This document shows, piece after piece, positions 42,200-53,735 of a DNA stretch of 64,000 nt (positions within the stretch are counted from its first letter, which is position 1; every line of letters begins with the position of its first letter). The stretch is from NCBI GenBank assembly GCA_028708865.1, contig JAQVYA010000002.1, positions 2,819-66,818 of the forward strand, in the 5' to 3' direction. A model generated the notes under the pieces. The model was not told where the DNA came from. It saw only the letters and a list, made by a program, of their open reading frames with translations, and did not search any database. The position numbers were made by a program, and so were the translations under genes. This DNA is from Desulfovibrio sp. (GTDB taxonomy: Bacteria > Desulfobacterota > Desulfovibrionia > Desulfovibrionales > Desulfovibrionaceae).

Positions 42200-42997
42200 C
42201 TAGAAAGGCAGCCATCCGCTCTCTTCCCGTTCCTGTTCGGCGCAGGTCGTGGCGTAGACATACGGATCACTGCCCACATAGCGCACGAGCCAAACATAGC
42301 ATTGCCCCCCGGCCTCGACCTTGCCGGTAACGTCGTCCGCCAAAATTTCATCCCAAGGCAACGCCTCCAGGGCCGAAAGGTCCCGTTCGCGGTCAAGACT
42401 CCAGGCCGCACCGCCAGGGTGCAGGATAATCAACTCGTTCGGATCCGGGCAAAAGCTAAGCAAAGTACGCGGGTCCACGCTAACCAGAATCAAGCCGTCA
42501 AAATCCGCGTCCTTGAAATAAGGAGTACCAATGTACAGTTCAGGGCCCAGCTCCGGATAGTCCACCGCTGTCTGCAAAAAGGTATCCCGCCAATTGGCCT
42601 CGTAAACCAGAGGACCGCTGATGCGCTTCAGAGGATCCTCGGGTACGCGGTCCAGCATCCAGCCATCTTTGTTCACCACAATCATGTTGTGAACCCATGG
42701 GTAGCGGATAAAAAGCAGGTCAATCCATTTTTCGTCGGGGTAAGAGTCACGATCCGAAACATAACGGATCATGGCCTTGAGAGGCGCATCCACAGGCGTC
42801 ACAAGGCGGGCCAGCTTTTCCTGGTTGGGATTTTCAAACTGATAGGCGTCCAGGTCCACGGAAGGGTCCGGGTTGACAAAACTGCCCACGCCCCGGGCCA
42901 TGTTTTTGGTGCCTTCCCATCCGTCCTGTAAAGTGGAACAGCCCGTGAGCAAAAGTACCAGTATAAAAAGCAAAGAAAAAAAACATGTTCGCTGCAA
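42200..42997 (-). CDS. hypothetical lipoprotein (possible Cache-like fold)
   Basis: Lipobox LTGC; start uncertain (TTG at 42997). Confidence 0.68.
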   Translation of the reverse strand: MQRTCFFSLLFILVLLLTGCSTLQDGWEGTKNMARGVGSFVNPDPSVDLDAYQFENPNQEKLARLVTPVDAPLKAMIRYVSDRDSYPDEKWIDLLFIRYPWVHNMIVVNKDGWMLDRVPEDPLKRISGPLVYEANWRDTFLQTAVDYPELGPELYIGTPYFKDADFDGLILVSVDPRTLLSFCPDPNELIILHPGGAAWSLDRERDLSALEALPWDEILADDVTGKVEAGGQCYVWLVRYVGSDPYVYATTCAEQEREESGWLPF

Positions 42998-43255
42998 TTT
43001 GATCTGCCTCAAAGGTTTTCTGTGTCGGCCCCGCGCCAACGCAGGCCGGGCCCGGGAAACAGACAATATAGAAGGCCCAGTCTCCGCGCGCACCGTCTAT
43101 GCGCCGGGAGCACACGTCCAATTGTGGACGCACCCACCGGACGGCTTTGCGGTCACATGGTCGAGTATTACCTTTTATGATTTTTTCGCGGCGTACCGTA
43201 ACCGCAATGCTGAAAGCGATACCTCAGGAAAGACCCGGACACAAGCGAGTGGGGA

Positions 43256-44071
43256 TCAGTCCGCTTCCTGGCGCTGGACCCGCGCTTCAAACCGGGCTGC
43301 CAGTGTTTCCAATGCTCCAATGAGCCGATTTTTGGCATGTTGACTGAACACGTCGTCAGCGGTGGAAGGCTCGGGCTGCGGCGAGGCATGCCGCCGGGCG
43401 ATTCCCGCCTGCATATCCTCCACGCGGGCCGCCAGGTCCTCACGCTCCACCCCTTGTGCCCGGTCACGAAGATATTGATAGATTTCCAAGGCTCCCTGAT
43501 AGTCGCCTTGCGCCGCCAGCAGGTCCGCCATGGTCCTTGTGCGCAAACTGCCGACGGAAACGTGTTCTTTGCGCGAGGTGCTCTGCTCGAAAGCCTCAAA
43601 GAGGGGTTCGGGATCCTGAGGCAAGGGCTCCGGAGAAGCCGCCGGCGGCGGCAACGGCCCCACCAACCGTTCGGAAAGCGAATTCACCCCTTCAAGGACA
43701 ATATCCGTCCAATGAACAGGACGCCCTTGCAGCCAGGAAGCCACCAGCATAAGGAAAACCCCGAAATCCCGCCGCTCGTCCGGCTGCCCCTGGGCCCAGG
43801 TTTTCCAAAATTCCGGATATCCGCTCAGCGCCTCCACCACCCGGGCCGAATGCTCAAGGGCTTCATCGGAGCGGCCCAGGTCGGACAATACCTGAACCAG
43901 CAACATGCGTGCCTCGAGGTATTCAGGATGGCGTTCCAGACCGGATGCCAGCGTGGTTGCCGCATTTTCCTTTTCGCCCACTTTGACGAACAGCTTGGCC
44001 AATGGGAAAAAAACCCGAGAACCGGGCTCCAGGCTCAGGACCTCTTGGAACCACTCAATCTTTTCTTGCAT
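43256..44071 (-). CDS. TPR-repeat protein
   Basis: P.SRVFFPLAKL, GLE.HP.Y.EA, TRTMADLL..QG. Confidence 0.82.
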   Translation of the reverse strand: MQEKIEWFQEVLSLEPGSRVFFPLAKLFVKVGEKENAATTLASGLERHPEYLEARMLLVQVLSDLGRSDEALEHSARVVEALSGYPEFWKTWAQGQPDERRDFGVFLMLVASWLQGRPVHWTDIVLEGVNSLSERLVGPLPPPAASPEPLPQDPEPLFEAFEQSTSRKEHVSVGSLRTRTMADLLAAQGDYQGALEIYQYLRDRAQGVEREDLAARVEDMQAGIARRHASPQPEPSTADDVFSQHAKNRLIGALETLAARFEARVQRQEAD

Positions 44072-44375
44072 CCCGCCCGTCTCCAGCGGATTCGCCGTTT
44101 TCCGGAAAGACGTACAGCACCTCGTTTTTCCGGACATAGTTCATGCGTTCTCTAATCATACGCTCCTGGTAGTCGGCGTCGGATTCCAACCGCAAGATAT
44201 CCCTGCTGAGGTCCCGGCTTTTCGCCTCCAGCCCCTCCACCTCGGAACGGAGGGTTTGGTAACGTTTTCTAAGGTCCAGGTAGGAGGCGACCCCCTGCTC
44301 ACCCCAAAGAAGTCCCAAAAGAAGATACACGTTGAGCAGCAACAACAGTCCGACAATGACCCGGCGTCCAAACAT
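44055..44375 (-). CDS. ftsB: septum formation initiator FtsB/DivIC
   Basis: TM helix, W.G..G, coiled coil, E..IRE..NYV..NE. Confidence 0.8.
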   Translation of the reverse strand: MFGRRVIVGLLLLLNVYLLLGLLWGEQGVASYLDLRKRYQTLRSEVEGLEAKSRDLSRDILRLESDADYQERMIRERMNYVRKNEVLYVFPENGESAGDGRDARKD

Positions 44376-44381
44376 GACACC

Positions 44382-44666
44382 TCACTGCAGACGATCGGAG
44401 TCGGGCCGGTTCTCCATAAGCTGCGAAAAAGGCAGCCGAAGCTCCTCCAGAAAACGAGACGTGGCCCGCTCGATCCGCTCCACCTCTTCCTCGGAAAGCT
44501 GCATCTGATCGACTCTTTTCAAAAAACTTTTCAAAAAGTCGAACTCGTCGAGCAGGCTGGCACCCAGCTCAAGCTTTCTCAACTCGGGCTCAAGCTCGAG
44601 TATCGTTTTCAGGCAATTGGTGATGCGGACGACGCGATTCACGTTGGCCTCCTGCATGCGCTTCAT
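44382..44666 (-). CDS. hypothetical protein
   Basis: Helical ORF packed between pgsA and ftsB. Confidence 0.7.
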   Translation of the reverse strand: MKRMQEANVNRVVRITNCLKTILELEPELRKLELGASLLDEFDFLKSFLKRVDQMQLSEEEVERIERATSRFLEELRLPFSQLMENRPDSDRLQ

Positions 44667-44673
44667 AACCGGA

Positions 44674-45240
44674 TCAGACGCGTTCGTCTTCCCTTCCCTG
44701 TTCGTGTAGCAGGTTTTCATAGAAGTTGTACAGATAGTTCCCACCGGAAAAGACCGTCAAAACCAGCGCCACGTAAAGCAGAATAGTGCCGATTCCGAGC
44801 AGGTCCAGTCCGAACAATTCTCGACCGAAAATCAAAGGCACCAGGGCCACGATCTGCAATACGGTCTTGAGTTTGCCGAACTTGTCGGCCGCCACCACCA
44901 AACCGCGTTCCGCAGCAATGGCGCGCATGCCCGTCACGGCGAGCTCACGTCCCAAAATCAAGATCACCACCCAGGCCGGTGCCCGCCCCTGGTGCACCAG
45001 CATGACTAAAACGGAACAAATCAACAACTTGTCAGCAAGCGGGTCCAAGAATTTCCCCATGCTGGTCACTTCGCTGCGTCGCCGGGCCAGCATGCCGTCC
45101 AGCATGTCGGTCACACAGGCCGCTATGAACACCAACGTTGCGAGCCAAGCTGTGAAGGCTCCCGGGAAATACATCAAAAGCACGATGAGCGGGACAGCGC
45201 CCACGCGGGCCAAAGTCAACGAGTTAGGCAGATTGAACAT
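44674..45240 (-). CDS. pgsA: CDP-diacylglycerol--glycerol-3-phosphate 3-phosphatidyltransferase
   Basis: NLPNSLT..R, TDMLDGMLAR..., G.FLDPLADK. Confidence 0.95.
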   Translation of the reverse strand: MFNLPNSLTLARVGAVPLIVLLMYFPGAFTAWLATLVFIAACVTDMLDGMLARRRSEVTSMGKFLDPLADKLLICSVLVMLVHQGRAPAWVVILILGRELAVTGMRAIAAERGLVVAADKFGKLKTVLQIVALVPLIFGRELFGLDLLGIGTILLYVALVLTVFSGGNYLYNFYENLLHEQGREDERV

Positions 45241-45353
45241 CCGCACGGGCTCCTTGCGATATGTCGCCTTCCGGCACTGCGGCGGGCCGGACGACTCATA
45301 GTCCGGCCGTTTGGTCGCAGAGGCGCCGCAGGTGCGGACGCAGGAAAGGCAGC

Positions 45354-46247
45354 CTAGTTATGAACCGAACTGGCGGCTTCCAGGCTTTTCAGTGCTGCTT
45401 CAGCGACCTTGTCGCCCAAATCCAGCAGCGCCTTTTTAGCCGGGGTCTCCTCATCCATCAGCACTACCGGAGTACCGATGTCACCGGCCACCACTGTGGC
45501 GGGATCAAGGGGCACAGCTCCCAGGAAATCCAGTCCGTACCTTTCGGCCAATTCCCGGCCGCCGCCACTCTTAAACAGGTCGATCCGCTCGTGACAGTGC
45601 GGACAGATCAACCCGCTCATATTCTCCACCACACCAAGGATATTGGCATTGGCGTACTGCAAGAAATTGATGGATTTCCGCACATCGGCCAACGACACTT
45701 CCTGCGGAGTGGTCACCACAACGCACAGTGCCTCGGGAATGGTCTTCAGCACGGTCATGGGCTCATCTCCGGTACCCGGGGGGGAGTCCACCACCAGAAA
45801 ATCCAAGGGGCCCCACTGCACGTCAGAGACAAACTGGCGGATGGCAGAGGTCTTCATGGGACCCCGCCACAGCACGGCCTGATCCGGATCCTTAAGCAGC
45901 GACTCCATGGAAACCACATGCAGATTTTCGGAATACTGTTTGGGCTTGATCAACGATCCCCGGTCCACATCGAGCAACCCTTTCAGTCCCAGCAGGGTCG
46001 GTACGCTGGGCCCGTGGATGTCCACATCCATAAGCCCCACCTTGTACCCTTTCCGGGCCAACGCCGCCGCAAGGTTTACAGACACGGAGCTTTTGCCCAC
46101 GCCCCCCTTGCCGGACATAATGAACAATTTATACTTGATTTTGGCCAGAGTCGAAGAAATCAATCCGTCCTGCAACTTAAGCTTGGCGCTGCCGCCCTCT
46201 TTGCCCGCAGATGGACACGACCCTCCGGCCGAAGAACATGAACTCAT
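45354..46247 (-). CDS. Mrp/NBP35 (ApbC) Fe-S carrier ATPase
   Basis: SGKGGVGKS, DVDIHGPS, WRGPM, DSPPGTGD, ENMS..CPHC. Confidence 0.93.
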   Translation of the reverse strand: MSSCSSAGGSCPSAGKEGGSAKLKLQDGLISSTLAKIKYKLFIMSGKGGVGKSSVSVNLAAALARKGYKVGLMDVDIHGPSVPTLLGLKGLLDVDRGSLIKPKQYSENLHVVSMESLLKDPDQAVLWRGPMKTSAIRQFVSDVQWGPLDFLVVDSPPGTGDEPMTVLKTIPEALCVVVTTPQEVSLADVRKSINFLQYANANILGVVENMSGLICPHCHERIDLFKSGGGRELAERYGLDFLGAVPLDPATVVAGDIGTPVVLMDEETPAKKALLDLGDKVAEAALKSLEAASSVHN

Positions 46248-46299
46248 GTTTCACTCCTTATCCCGCGCCCGTACGCGGGGTTCTCCACTTATGCGTCGC

Positions 46300-46944
46300 C
46301 TACCAGCCGTGCGTACCCACCAGGTCCACAAAGCGCACATCTCCCAGGTCGATCTGTTGCACGCGGCCTTCCATTTTTTCCACCTGAAGCAAAGTTTGTC
46401 TGCCCCGACTGGCCCCTACCGGAATAATCAACCGGCCTGGATCGTCCAATTGGTCAACCAAAGGAGCAGGTACGTCCGGTCCGCCCGCGGTGACCAGAAT
46501 CCTGTCAAAGGGCGCTTCTCCAGGCCACCCCATGGTGCCGTCGTCCAGCTTGCAGCGGACGTTGAACAGACGCATATCCAAAAAGCGCTGTCGCGCCGTG
46601 AAAAAAAGCGACTTGATCCGTTCCACAGTATAAACATCGGCCCCCATATGGGCAAGGACGGTGGTCTGGTATCCCGAACCAGTCCCGATCTCCAGAATCT
46701 TCATGCCTGGCCGGACGCCCAGGGCCTGGCTCATGAGGGCCACTACATAAGGCTGAGAAATGGTCTGATGCTCGCCGATGGGCAGGGGGCAATCCAAATA
46801 GGCCTTGGAAGCAAGGGCTTCCTCCACAAACTCGTGCCGCGGGACCTCGCGCATAGCAGACAGCACGGCAGCGTCGGTTATGCCCCGTGCCTCCAACTGT
46901 TCCCGCACCATGCGTTCTCTTGTTCGTCTGGGATCAACGCGCAC
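46300..46944 (-). CDS. pcm: protein-L-isoaspartate O-methyltransferase
   Basis: [29 protein letters not shown]. Confidence 0.95.
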   Translation of the reverse strand: MRVDPRRTRERMVREQLEARGITDAAVLSAMREVPRHEFVEEALASKAYLDCPLPIGEHQTISQPYVVALMSQALGVRPGMKILEIGTGSGYQTTVLAHMGADVYTVERIKSLFFTARQRFLDMRLFNVRCKLDDGTMGWPGEAPFDRILVTAGGPDVPAPLVDQLDDPGRLIIPVGASRGRQTLLQVEKMEGRVQQIDLGDVRFVDLVGTHGW

Positions 46945-47111
46945 ATCGCCTCCAACATGATATACCCCGCATCCAGGCGGATGGATGACCAGATTTTCCC
47001 GGTCAAGTCAACCAAGCTGATGCTGGCTTTGGGAAATATCTATTGACAAATCCGGCAAACCATGAAAGTAATTTATTCAATTATTACGAAGACATTACAG
47101 GTGGTAAAGTC

Positions 47112-47540
47112 ATGAAAGTTAAGGATTTGATGTCTGCCCCGGTTTTTTCACTCCGACAGACCGACACGCTTTACAGCGCCCGTGAACTCATGCAAATGCA
47201 ACGCATCCGGCATATTCCCATCGTCACCGCCGACAATATCTTCATCGGATTGATCACACACCGCGATCTGCTTTCCGCCACCATATCCCACCTCGCTGAA
47301 GTGGATCCGGAAACGCAGCGTGAAATCGACGCAGGTATCCCCATTCAGGAAATCATGCGCACCGATCTAAAAACCATCGGCCCGGACGACAGCCTGGAAA
47401 ACGCCGCCAAAATGTTACTGAACCACAAATATGGCTGCCTGCCCGTAGTGGATCAACGCATTCTCGTGGGCATTCTTACCGAAGCCGATTTTCTCAAACT
47501 CACCATTCAGCTCTTGGAGGCCTTGGACGATCCGTCCTGA
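47112..47540 (+). CDS. CBS-domain pair protein
   Basis: IRHIPIV, GLITHRD, YGCLPVV, GILTEAD. Confidence 0.9.
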   Translation: MKVKDLMSAPVFSLRQTDTLYSARELMQMQRIRHIPIVTADNIFIGLITHRDLLSATISHLAEVDPETQREIDAGIPIQEIMRTDLKTIGPDDSLENAAKMLLNHKYGCLPVVDQRILVGILTEADFLKLTIQLLEALDDPS

Positions 47541-47655
47541 TTTTCCCTTTCCTCCCATTTTCTTTCCCGCCCCCATGGTCCGCATTCAAAAGCGGACTTG
47601 TTCCTGTTCCAAATTGACTGTAGACAAAATCTAGAAATCAGATACGGGAGTGAGT

Positions 47656-48984
47656 ATGACAACACTCAATCGCAACAAGCCCGCCAAGAAAGGCGGAAGG
47701 ATCATCGTTTTAGTTCTCCTGGCCGTCCTCGCCATTGCCGCAGTCTGGTACGTTCTGCGGGACACCACCCCCCCCACCCTGACCATCACGCCGCAGCAGG
47801 GCTTTCTCAACACGGAGTCCAGTCTGGTCATTACGGCCGACGATCAGGGAGTGGGGCTCAAACGCCTCAGTATCCGCGTAGTCCAGGATGGCAAGGATCG
47901 CATCAGCGTGGACAAAACTTTTTCCTCGGCCCTGCGGCATCACGAGGAAAGCATCGACCTGAAGGGACAACCCCTTTCAAACGGCCCGCTTGAAATTACG
48001 GCCCAAGCCGAAGACCGAGGATTCTTTCTTTTTTCCAAATCAAGAAAGCTCACGGCAACTCTGACGCTGGATACAAAAGCCCCGCGCATCAGCCTGCGCA
48101 GTGCACGCCACAACATTGCCCAAGGCGGCAGCGCCATAGTGGCCTTTGAAGTGGACGAAGAACTGCGCGAATGCGCTCTGCACGTCAATGAACACGTTTT
48201 CCCCGCCTACCAGCAGGAAAATGGTACCTACCTCTGCCTCTTCGGCATGCCCTGGGATATTGCTCCAGCCGAATTTCACCCCGTAATCAAAGCGACCGAC
48301 CTGGCGGGCAATGAGTCCAGCCGCAACCTGCCCCACCATGCCAATGCCCGAAACTTCCGGCACGACCGGCTCAACCTGCCTCAAAGCTTCCTGGTACGCA
48401 AAGGGGAACTCTTTCAAAAAGTCTTTCCCAACGACCCGGAAACCGACCCGCTGGGACGATATATCAAAATCAACAATGTGCTTCGTTCCCAAAACCGAGC
48501 CCAACTTCGCAAGATCGGTTTGGACACGTCCCCGGTGCCTCTCTGGCATGGTGCCTTTACCCGCTCTCCGGGTGCCACCACAGCGAATTTCGGAGACAAC
48601 CGCGACTATTATTACAATGACACGGTGGTGGACAACCAGACCCACCTGGGTGTGGATTTGGCCAACCACCGCAACAGCCCCATTGAAGCCGCCAATGACG
48701 GCAAAGTTGTTTTTGCCGACTTCCTGGGAATCTACGGAGAATGCGTCATCATCGACCACGGCCTTGGGTTGCAAAGCCTCTATGCCCATCTCAGCCGCAT
48801 TGACGTCCAGTTGGGTGAAAGCATCCAAAAGGGACAAATTGTGGGGCTTTCCGGCGTAACTGGGCTTGCAGGGGGAGACCACCTCCACTTCGGCATGGTG
48901 GTTTCCGGCCTGCCTGTCCAGCCCCGCGAATGGTGGGATGGCTCCTGGATCGCCAACAACATCACCCCCCGGCTGGAAGACTAA
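47656..48984 (+). CDS. M23 family metallopeptidase
   Basis: N-terminal TM; HLGVD, LYAH, HLHF. Confidence 0.9.
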   Translation: MTTLNRNKPAKKGGRIIVLVLLAVLAIAAVWYVLRDTTPPTLTITPQQGFLNTESSLVITADDQGVGLKRLSIRVVQDGKDRISVDKTFSSALRHHEESIDLKGQPLSNGPLEITAQAEDRGFFLFSKSRKLTATLTLDTKAPRISLRSARHNIAQGGSAIVAFEVDEELRECALHVNEHVFPAYQQENGTYLCLFGMPWDIAPAEFHPVIKATDLAGNESSRNLPHHANARNFRHDRLNLPQSFLVRKGELFQKVFPNDPETDPLGRYIKINNVLRSQNRAQLRKIGLDTSPVPLWHGAFTRSPGATTANFGDNRDYYYNDTVVDNQTHLGVDLANHRNSPIEAANDGKVVFADFLGIYGECVIIDHGLGLQSLYAHLSRIDVQLGESIQKGQIVGLSGVTGLAGGDHLHFGMVVSGLPVQPREWWDGSWIANNITPRLED

Positions 48985-49021
48985 CCCGAACACTCCGCCT
49001 CCGAAATACATACATAGCCAT

Positions 49022-49052
49022 GCGGTGGGACATCATGTTCCACCGCTTTTTT
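49022..49052 (+). terminator. rho-independent terminator after the M23 gene
   Basis: GCGGTGGGACA-TCA-TGTTCCACCGC followed by TTTTTT. Confidence 0.7.
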
Positions 49053-49116
49053 ATGTCTCCGGGAACATTTCTTGCTTAATTTCAAGAGCAGGCACTATTT
49101 TCCGGGAGGTGACGAC

Positions 49117-49698
49117 ATGAGCATCAGCGGGATTGAATCCTCGCTTTCCAGCGTGCAAACGCAATCGCTGAAAAAACAGCAGACAAGCACCGGATTCCCC
49201 GGACTGAGGCGGCAACTCAGCGAGGAAGAAGAAAAACGTCTCGAACAACTCACGGAGATGCTCACGGACCTTCTTGCCCAGGCCGTGGACAACCCCAGTG
49301 GAGAGCAACGTGCACGAATCCGTGACATCGAAAACGAAATTGCAAAGATCACCGGGGAAAAACCTAAAAAGAGCCTGGCCGCCAGCACCAAAGGAATTCC
49401 AGGACAGGATGACGACGAGACAAAAGAAAATGCCCTGCTTGGAGAAAGTCCCTTTCTGCGAGATGAAAAAATCCGCGAACGTACCTTGCCGCACAAACGG
49501 CTGGAACCAGGCCCAGGTACCCTGGCCGCCCCTTTGAACAGCGCCATGGCTGTTCAACTGCAAATGACCTCGGGAAGTCTTCAGGCTTCACAACACCGGC
49601 CCGGTCCAGGATTTGCTGCCTATGAGCAACAAATCGGACTAAAATTCGAAACACCCCCGGCGGACCTCAAGATTGGCGGAGTAAACCGTTCGGCCTGA
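49117..49698 (+). CDS. hypothetical protein
   Basis: GGAGG RBS; low-complexity N-terminus and coiled coil. Confidence 0.7.
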   Translation: MSISGIESSLSSVQTQSLKKQQTSTGFPGLRRQLSEEEEKRLEQLTEMLTDLLAQAVDNPSGEQRARIRDIENEIAKITGEKPKKSLAASTKGIPGQDDDETKENALLGESPFLRDEKIRERTLPHKRLEPGPGTLAAPLNSAMAVQLQMTSGSLQASQHRPGPGFAAYEQQIGLKFETPPADLKIGGVNRSA

Positions 49699-49741
49699 CC
49701 CCTCGGATCACGGAGTCAGTCGCCCCTCACGTCGTCTCCCA

Positions 49742-49771
49742 TAAAAAAAGCCCGGGAAACCCGGGCTTTTT
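49742..49771. terminator. bidirectional terminator
   Basis: AAAAAAGCCCGG-GAAA-CCCGGGCTTTTT between convergent genes. Confidence 0.8.
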
Positions 49772-49803
49772 AATTATCACATTCAATCCGACTGATCCGC
49801 TTT

Positions 49804-52263
49804 TCAGTGCGGCCGTTCCTCAAGTCGCTGCTCCTTCAGAAGCAGATTGGCAATGGGTTCCACCGCATCACCGCGACCGCAAAAAATGGCGTCCGCATTT
49901 TCGCAGGCCAACGCATGCTCCAACACTTCATCCATGTGTTCTACAGGCAGGATCGTCAGATCGTCCTTGATTTCCTGGGGGACGTCCCGCAGGTCTTTTT
50001 CATTATCCCGGGGGATCAGCACGGTCTTGATCTGGCCGCGATGGGCCGCCAGAAGCTTTTCGCGCAGACCGCCGATGGGCAGTACACGCCCCCGTAAAGT
50101 AATCTCGCCCGTCATGGCCAGATCATTTCGCACGGGGATGTTCAACAGGGCCGAAGCCACGGCAGTGGCCAGGGTGATCCCCGCGGAAGGCCCATCCTTG
50201 GGAGTCGCTCCTTCCGGCACATGCACGTGAATATCCACCTCTTGGTGGAAGTCCCGCTTCAGGCCAAAGACATCCGAACGTGACCGCAGGTAGGAGATGG
50301 CGGCCTTGGCCGATTCCTGCATCACGTCACCAAGCTTGCCCGTAATGGCCAGTTTGCCCTTTCCGGGCATAAGCACGGTCTCCACAAGGAGCAGCTCACC
50401 GCCCATTTGCGTCCAGGCCAAGCCTGTGGCAACCCCCACCTGGGCATTTTCTTCGCGCTCGCCATAACGGAACTTGGGAACTCCCAGGAACTGCTCCAGG
50501 GAATCGGCCTCTACCGTGACCTGCATTTGCTTGTCGCCAGCCTCTACGATGCGCATAGCGGTTTTACGGCACAGGGACGCAATCTCGCGTTCCAGATTTC
50601 GCACCCCGGCCTCCCGAGTATACGTGCGAATCAACTGAACCAACCCTTCACCCGTCAAATTCAGATTTTCCGCAGCCAAGCCGTGCTGCTCCACTTGTTT
50701 GGGCAGCAGGAACCGGCGGCCAATCTCCCGTTTTTCGGTCTCCAAGTAGCCAGGCAACCGAATAATTTCCATTCGGTCCTGAAGAGGCAGAGGGATGGAG
50801 TCCAGGGTATTTGCCGTAGTGATGAAGAAAACCTTAGAGAGGTCGTAATCCAGATCCAGGTAATGATCGTTGAAGGTGGCGTTCTGCTCCGGATCCAAGA
50901 CCTCCAGCAACGCTGAAGAGGGGTCACCCCGGAAGTCCGTACTCATCTTGTCCACTTCGTCGAGGCAAAGCACCGGGTTGTTGAACGAACAACGCCGCAG
51001 AGACTGGATGATCTTGCCGGGCAACGCTCCAACATAGGTACGCCGGTGTCCGCGGATCTCCGCCTCGTCGCGCACGCCGCCCAACGAGAGGCGAACAAAT
51101 TCCCGTTCCGTGGCTCGGGCGATGGAACGGGCGATGGACGTCTTGCCCACGCCCGGCGGGCCCACCAAACACAGAATAGGCCCCTTGATGGTATCCACCA
51201 AGTTCTGCACTGCCAAATATTCAAGGATGCGTTCCTTGGGCTTTTCCAGTCCAAAGTGATCCTCGTCCAGGACGGTGCGGGCCTTGTCGATGGCAATGTT
51301 GGTCTGCTTGAGTTCGCCCCAGGGCAAATCCAACACCCAGTCCACATAATTGCGCAATACCGTGTACTCCGCAGAACTGGGCTGCATGGTGCGAAGCTTT
51401 TTCACTTCACGCAAGATCCGTTCGCGGTTCTCATCGCTCATTTTCTTCTCAGCCAGGCGCTTTTCCAGCTCCGCAGCCTCGGCAACGGGATCATCCTCGC
51501 GGCCCATCTCCTTGTTGATGGCCTTGATCTGCTCGTTAAGGTAATAATCCCGTTGGTTTTTCTCCATCTGGTCCTTGACGCGACCTTTAACTCGCTGCTC
51601 AATAGTGGCAATCTCCACCTCACCGAGCAGCAGCTCATAGACCCGTTCCAGACGCTCGTACGCGGGAAGCAGCTCCAGCACTTCCTGCTTTTTTCGAAAG
51701 TCCACCTTCAGATGCGGCATGACCGCATCAGCGAGCTGTCCAGCCTCAAAAATACCGGACATGGCGGAAATGGCCTCCGGTGCCACCTTTTTGTTGGCAT
51801 CTCCCAGGCTTTCCAGCCCTTCGTGCACAGCCCGCACCAGGGCATCCGCCTCGGAGTCCTCCACCTCGCGCTCGGCAATGCGCTCCACGCGGGCCATGGG
51901 ATACTCGTCTTCAGGCGAGACCACATTAGTGGTGGGATCCCAGCGCCCACGGTACAACCCCTCGAACAACACCTTGATGGTGCCGTCGGGCAGTCGTAAC
52001 ATCTGAAGAATCTTGCTGACCGTTCCAACCTCGTAGAGATCTTCAGGTTCAGGTTTTTCCTTTTCCGGTGCCCGCTGGGTCACAAGAAAAATCTTTTTGT
52101 CAAAATTGGCCAACGCGCTCTCAATGGCCTTTACCGAAGCATCCCGCCCCACAAACAGGGGCACGATGGACCTCGGAAACATGACCACCTCGCGCAGGCT
52201 CATCATGGGCAGGGTAACGAAGTCGATGGGGGAATCCTTCGAGTCGAAACCGAATTTCGGCAT
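49804..52263 (-). CDS. lon: Lon protease
   Basis: [27 protein letters not shown]. Confidence 0.98.
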   Translation of the reverse strand: MPKFGFDSKDSPIDFVTLPMMSLREVVMFPRSIVPLFVGRDASVKAIESALANFDKKIFLVTQRAPEKEKPEPEDLYEVGTVSKILQMLRLPDGTIKVLFEGLYRGRWDPTTNVVSPEDEYPMARVERIAEREVEDSEADALVRAVHEGLESLGDANKKVAPEAISAMSGIFEAGQLADAVMPHLKVDFRKKQEVLELLPAYERLERVYELLLGEVEIATIEQRVKGRVKDQMEKNQRDYYLNEQIKAINKEMGREDDPVAEAAELEKRLAEKKMSDENRERILREVKKLRTMQPSSAEYTVLRNYVDWVLDLPWGELKQTNIAIDKARTVLDEDHFGLEKPKERILEYLAVQNLVDTIKGPILCLVGPPGVGKTSIARSIARATEREFVRLSLGGVRDEAEIRGHRRTYVGALPGKIIQSLRRCSFNNPVLCLDEVDKMSTDFRGDPSSALLEVLDPEQNATFNDHYLDLDYDLSKVFFITTANTLDSIPLPLQDRMEIIRLPGYLETEKREIGRRFLLPKQVEQHGLAAENLNLTGEGLVQLIRTYTREAGVRNLEREIASLCRKTAMRIVEAGDKQMQVTVEADSLEQFLGVPKFRYGEREENAQVGVATGLAWTQMGGELLLVETVLMPGKGKLAITGKLGDVMQESAKAAISYLRSRSDVFGLKRDFHQEVDIHVHVPEGATPKDGPSAGITLATAVASALLNIPVRNDLAMTGEITLRGRVLPIGGLREKLLAAHRGQIKTVLIPRDNEKDLRDVPQEIKDDLTILPVEHMDEVLEHALACENADAIFCGRGDAVEPIANLLLKEQRLEERPH

Positions 52264-52373
52264 GCGTTCCTCCGTGAATCCTGAACACCCGCCCCGGAAA
52301 ACCCGGGGCGGTATTCACACCAAATAATACCGGAACGCAGGATGTCAATCACCGGCGGCCGGACAGGACCGCA

Positions 52374-53621
52374 TCAGGCGCTTTTCACTTCCTGTTGGTA
52401 GATCAGCAGGGGGTCAACCTGATTTTCCACCACGGCCCGGTTGATCACGCACTCCTTGACTCCTTCCAGAGAAGGCAGCTGGTACATGATTTCCATCATC
52501 ACGCTCTCAAGCACGTTGCGCAGTCCCCGGGCTCCGGTCTTGCGATCCACGGCCCGCTTGGCCACGGCCCGCAGGGCATTCTCCGTAAACCGCAAATTCA
52601 CATCGTCCAGGCCGAACAATTTCTGGTACTGCTTGGTCAAGGCGTTGCGCGGCTCCACCAGAATCCGCACGAGGTCATTCTCGGTCAATTCCTCTAGAGA
52701 GGTGATCACGGGGATGCGCCCCACGAATTCAGGAATCAAGCCGAACTTGACCAAATCATTGGGTTCGGCCTGGGCCATAAGTTCGCTGGCCGAAGCATTG
52801 ATCTTCACGTCGACCTTGGCACCAAACCCCATGGCCGACCCTTGCAGCCGCTGCTGGACGATGCCCTCCAAACCGATGAAGGCTCCGCCAAGGATAAACA
52901 GGATGTTCGAGGTGTCCATACGGATGAACTCCTGCTGTGGGTGCTTGCGGCCCCCCTTAGGCGGAATGTTGGCCTCAGTGCCTTCAATAATTTTGAGCAA
53001 TGCCTGCTGCACCCCTTCGCCCGACACGTCGCGGGTAATGGAGGGACTGTCGCCCTTGCGGGAGATCTTGTCGATCTCGTCCACATAGATGATGCCGCGG
53101 GAAGCGGCCTCAATGTCGTAATCCGCGTTTTGCAGCAACTGCACGAGGATGTTCTCCACATCCTCGCCCACGTAGCCCGCCTCGGTCAGGGTGGTGGCGT
53201 CGGCAATGGCGAACGGCACTCTGAGCACCCGAGCCAGGGTCTGGGCCAGCAAGGTCTTTCCGGAACCGGTGGGACCGATAAGCAAGATGTTAGACTTATC
53301 CAGTTCCACATCATCCTGACCGGCCGTAGCGGCGTAAAAAACCCGTTTATAGTGGTTGTGCACTGCCACGGAAAGGATCTTCTTGGCCATGTCCTGACCA
53401 ATGACGTACTCGTCGAGCAGTTCCTTGATTTCCTTCGGCGGAAGCAGCCGCCCCTCGCCGAACTCGCTCTGCACTTGCTCCTGGGCCATGATGTCGTTGC
53501 ACAGTGCCACGCACTCGTCACAAATATAGACATCGGGTCCGGCAATGAGCCGCTGGACCTTGGCCTGGGGCTTGTTGCAAAAAGAGCAGCACAGCTCGTT
53601 TATTTCGTTCCTACCGCTCAT
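52374..53621 (-). CDS. clpX: ClpX ATPase
   Basis: CSFC Zn domain, [23 protein letters not shown] loop. Confidence 0.98.
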   Translation of the reverse strand: MSGRNEINELCCSFCNKPQAKVQRLIAGPDVYICDECVALCNDIMAQEQVQSEFGEGRLLPPKEIKELLDEYVIGQDMAKKILSVAVHNHYKRVFYAATAGQDDVELDKSNILLIGPTGSGKTLLAQTLARVLRVPFAIADATTLTEAGYVGEDVENILVQLLQNADYDIEAASRGIIYVDEIDKISRKGDSPSITRDVSGEGVQQALLKIIEGTEANIPPKGGRKHPQQEFIRMDTSNILFILGGAFIGLEGIVQQRLQGSAMGFGAKVDVKINASASELMAQAEPNDLVKFGLIPEFVGRIPVITSLEELTENDLVRILVEPRNALTKQYQKLFGLDDVNLRFTENALRAVAKRAVDRKTGARGLRNVLESVMMEIMYQLPSLEGVKECVINRAVVENQVDPLLIYQQEVKSA

Positions 53622-53735
53622 GAACACTCCCTGGTGTTGTGTCCGAATTCTCCCCAACCAGATTTTCCCCTGTCAGGGCTGGTCTCGCTTCCCCGCTCAC
53701 AGGAACAAAAAAGCAATTTATGGATTCCGGACGCT

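Noticed and set aside
52273-52318. GC-rich hairpin between clpX and lon as an RNA thermometer
   Set aside because: The stem does not clearly sequester the lon RBS and there is no U-tract; no further support.
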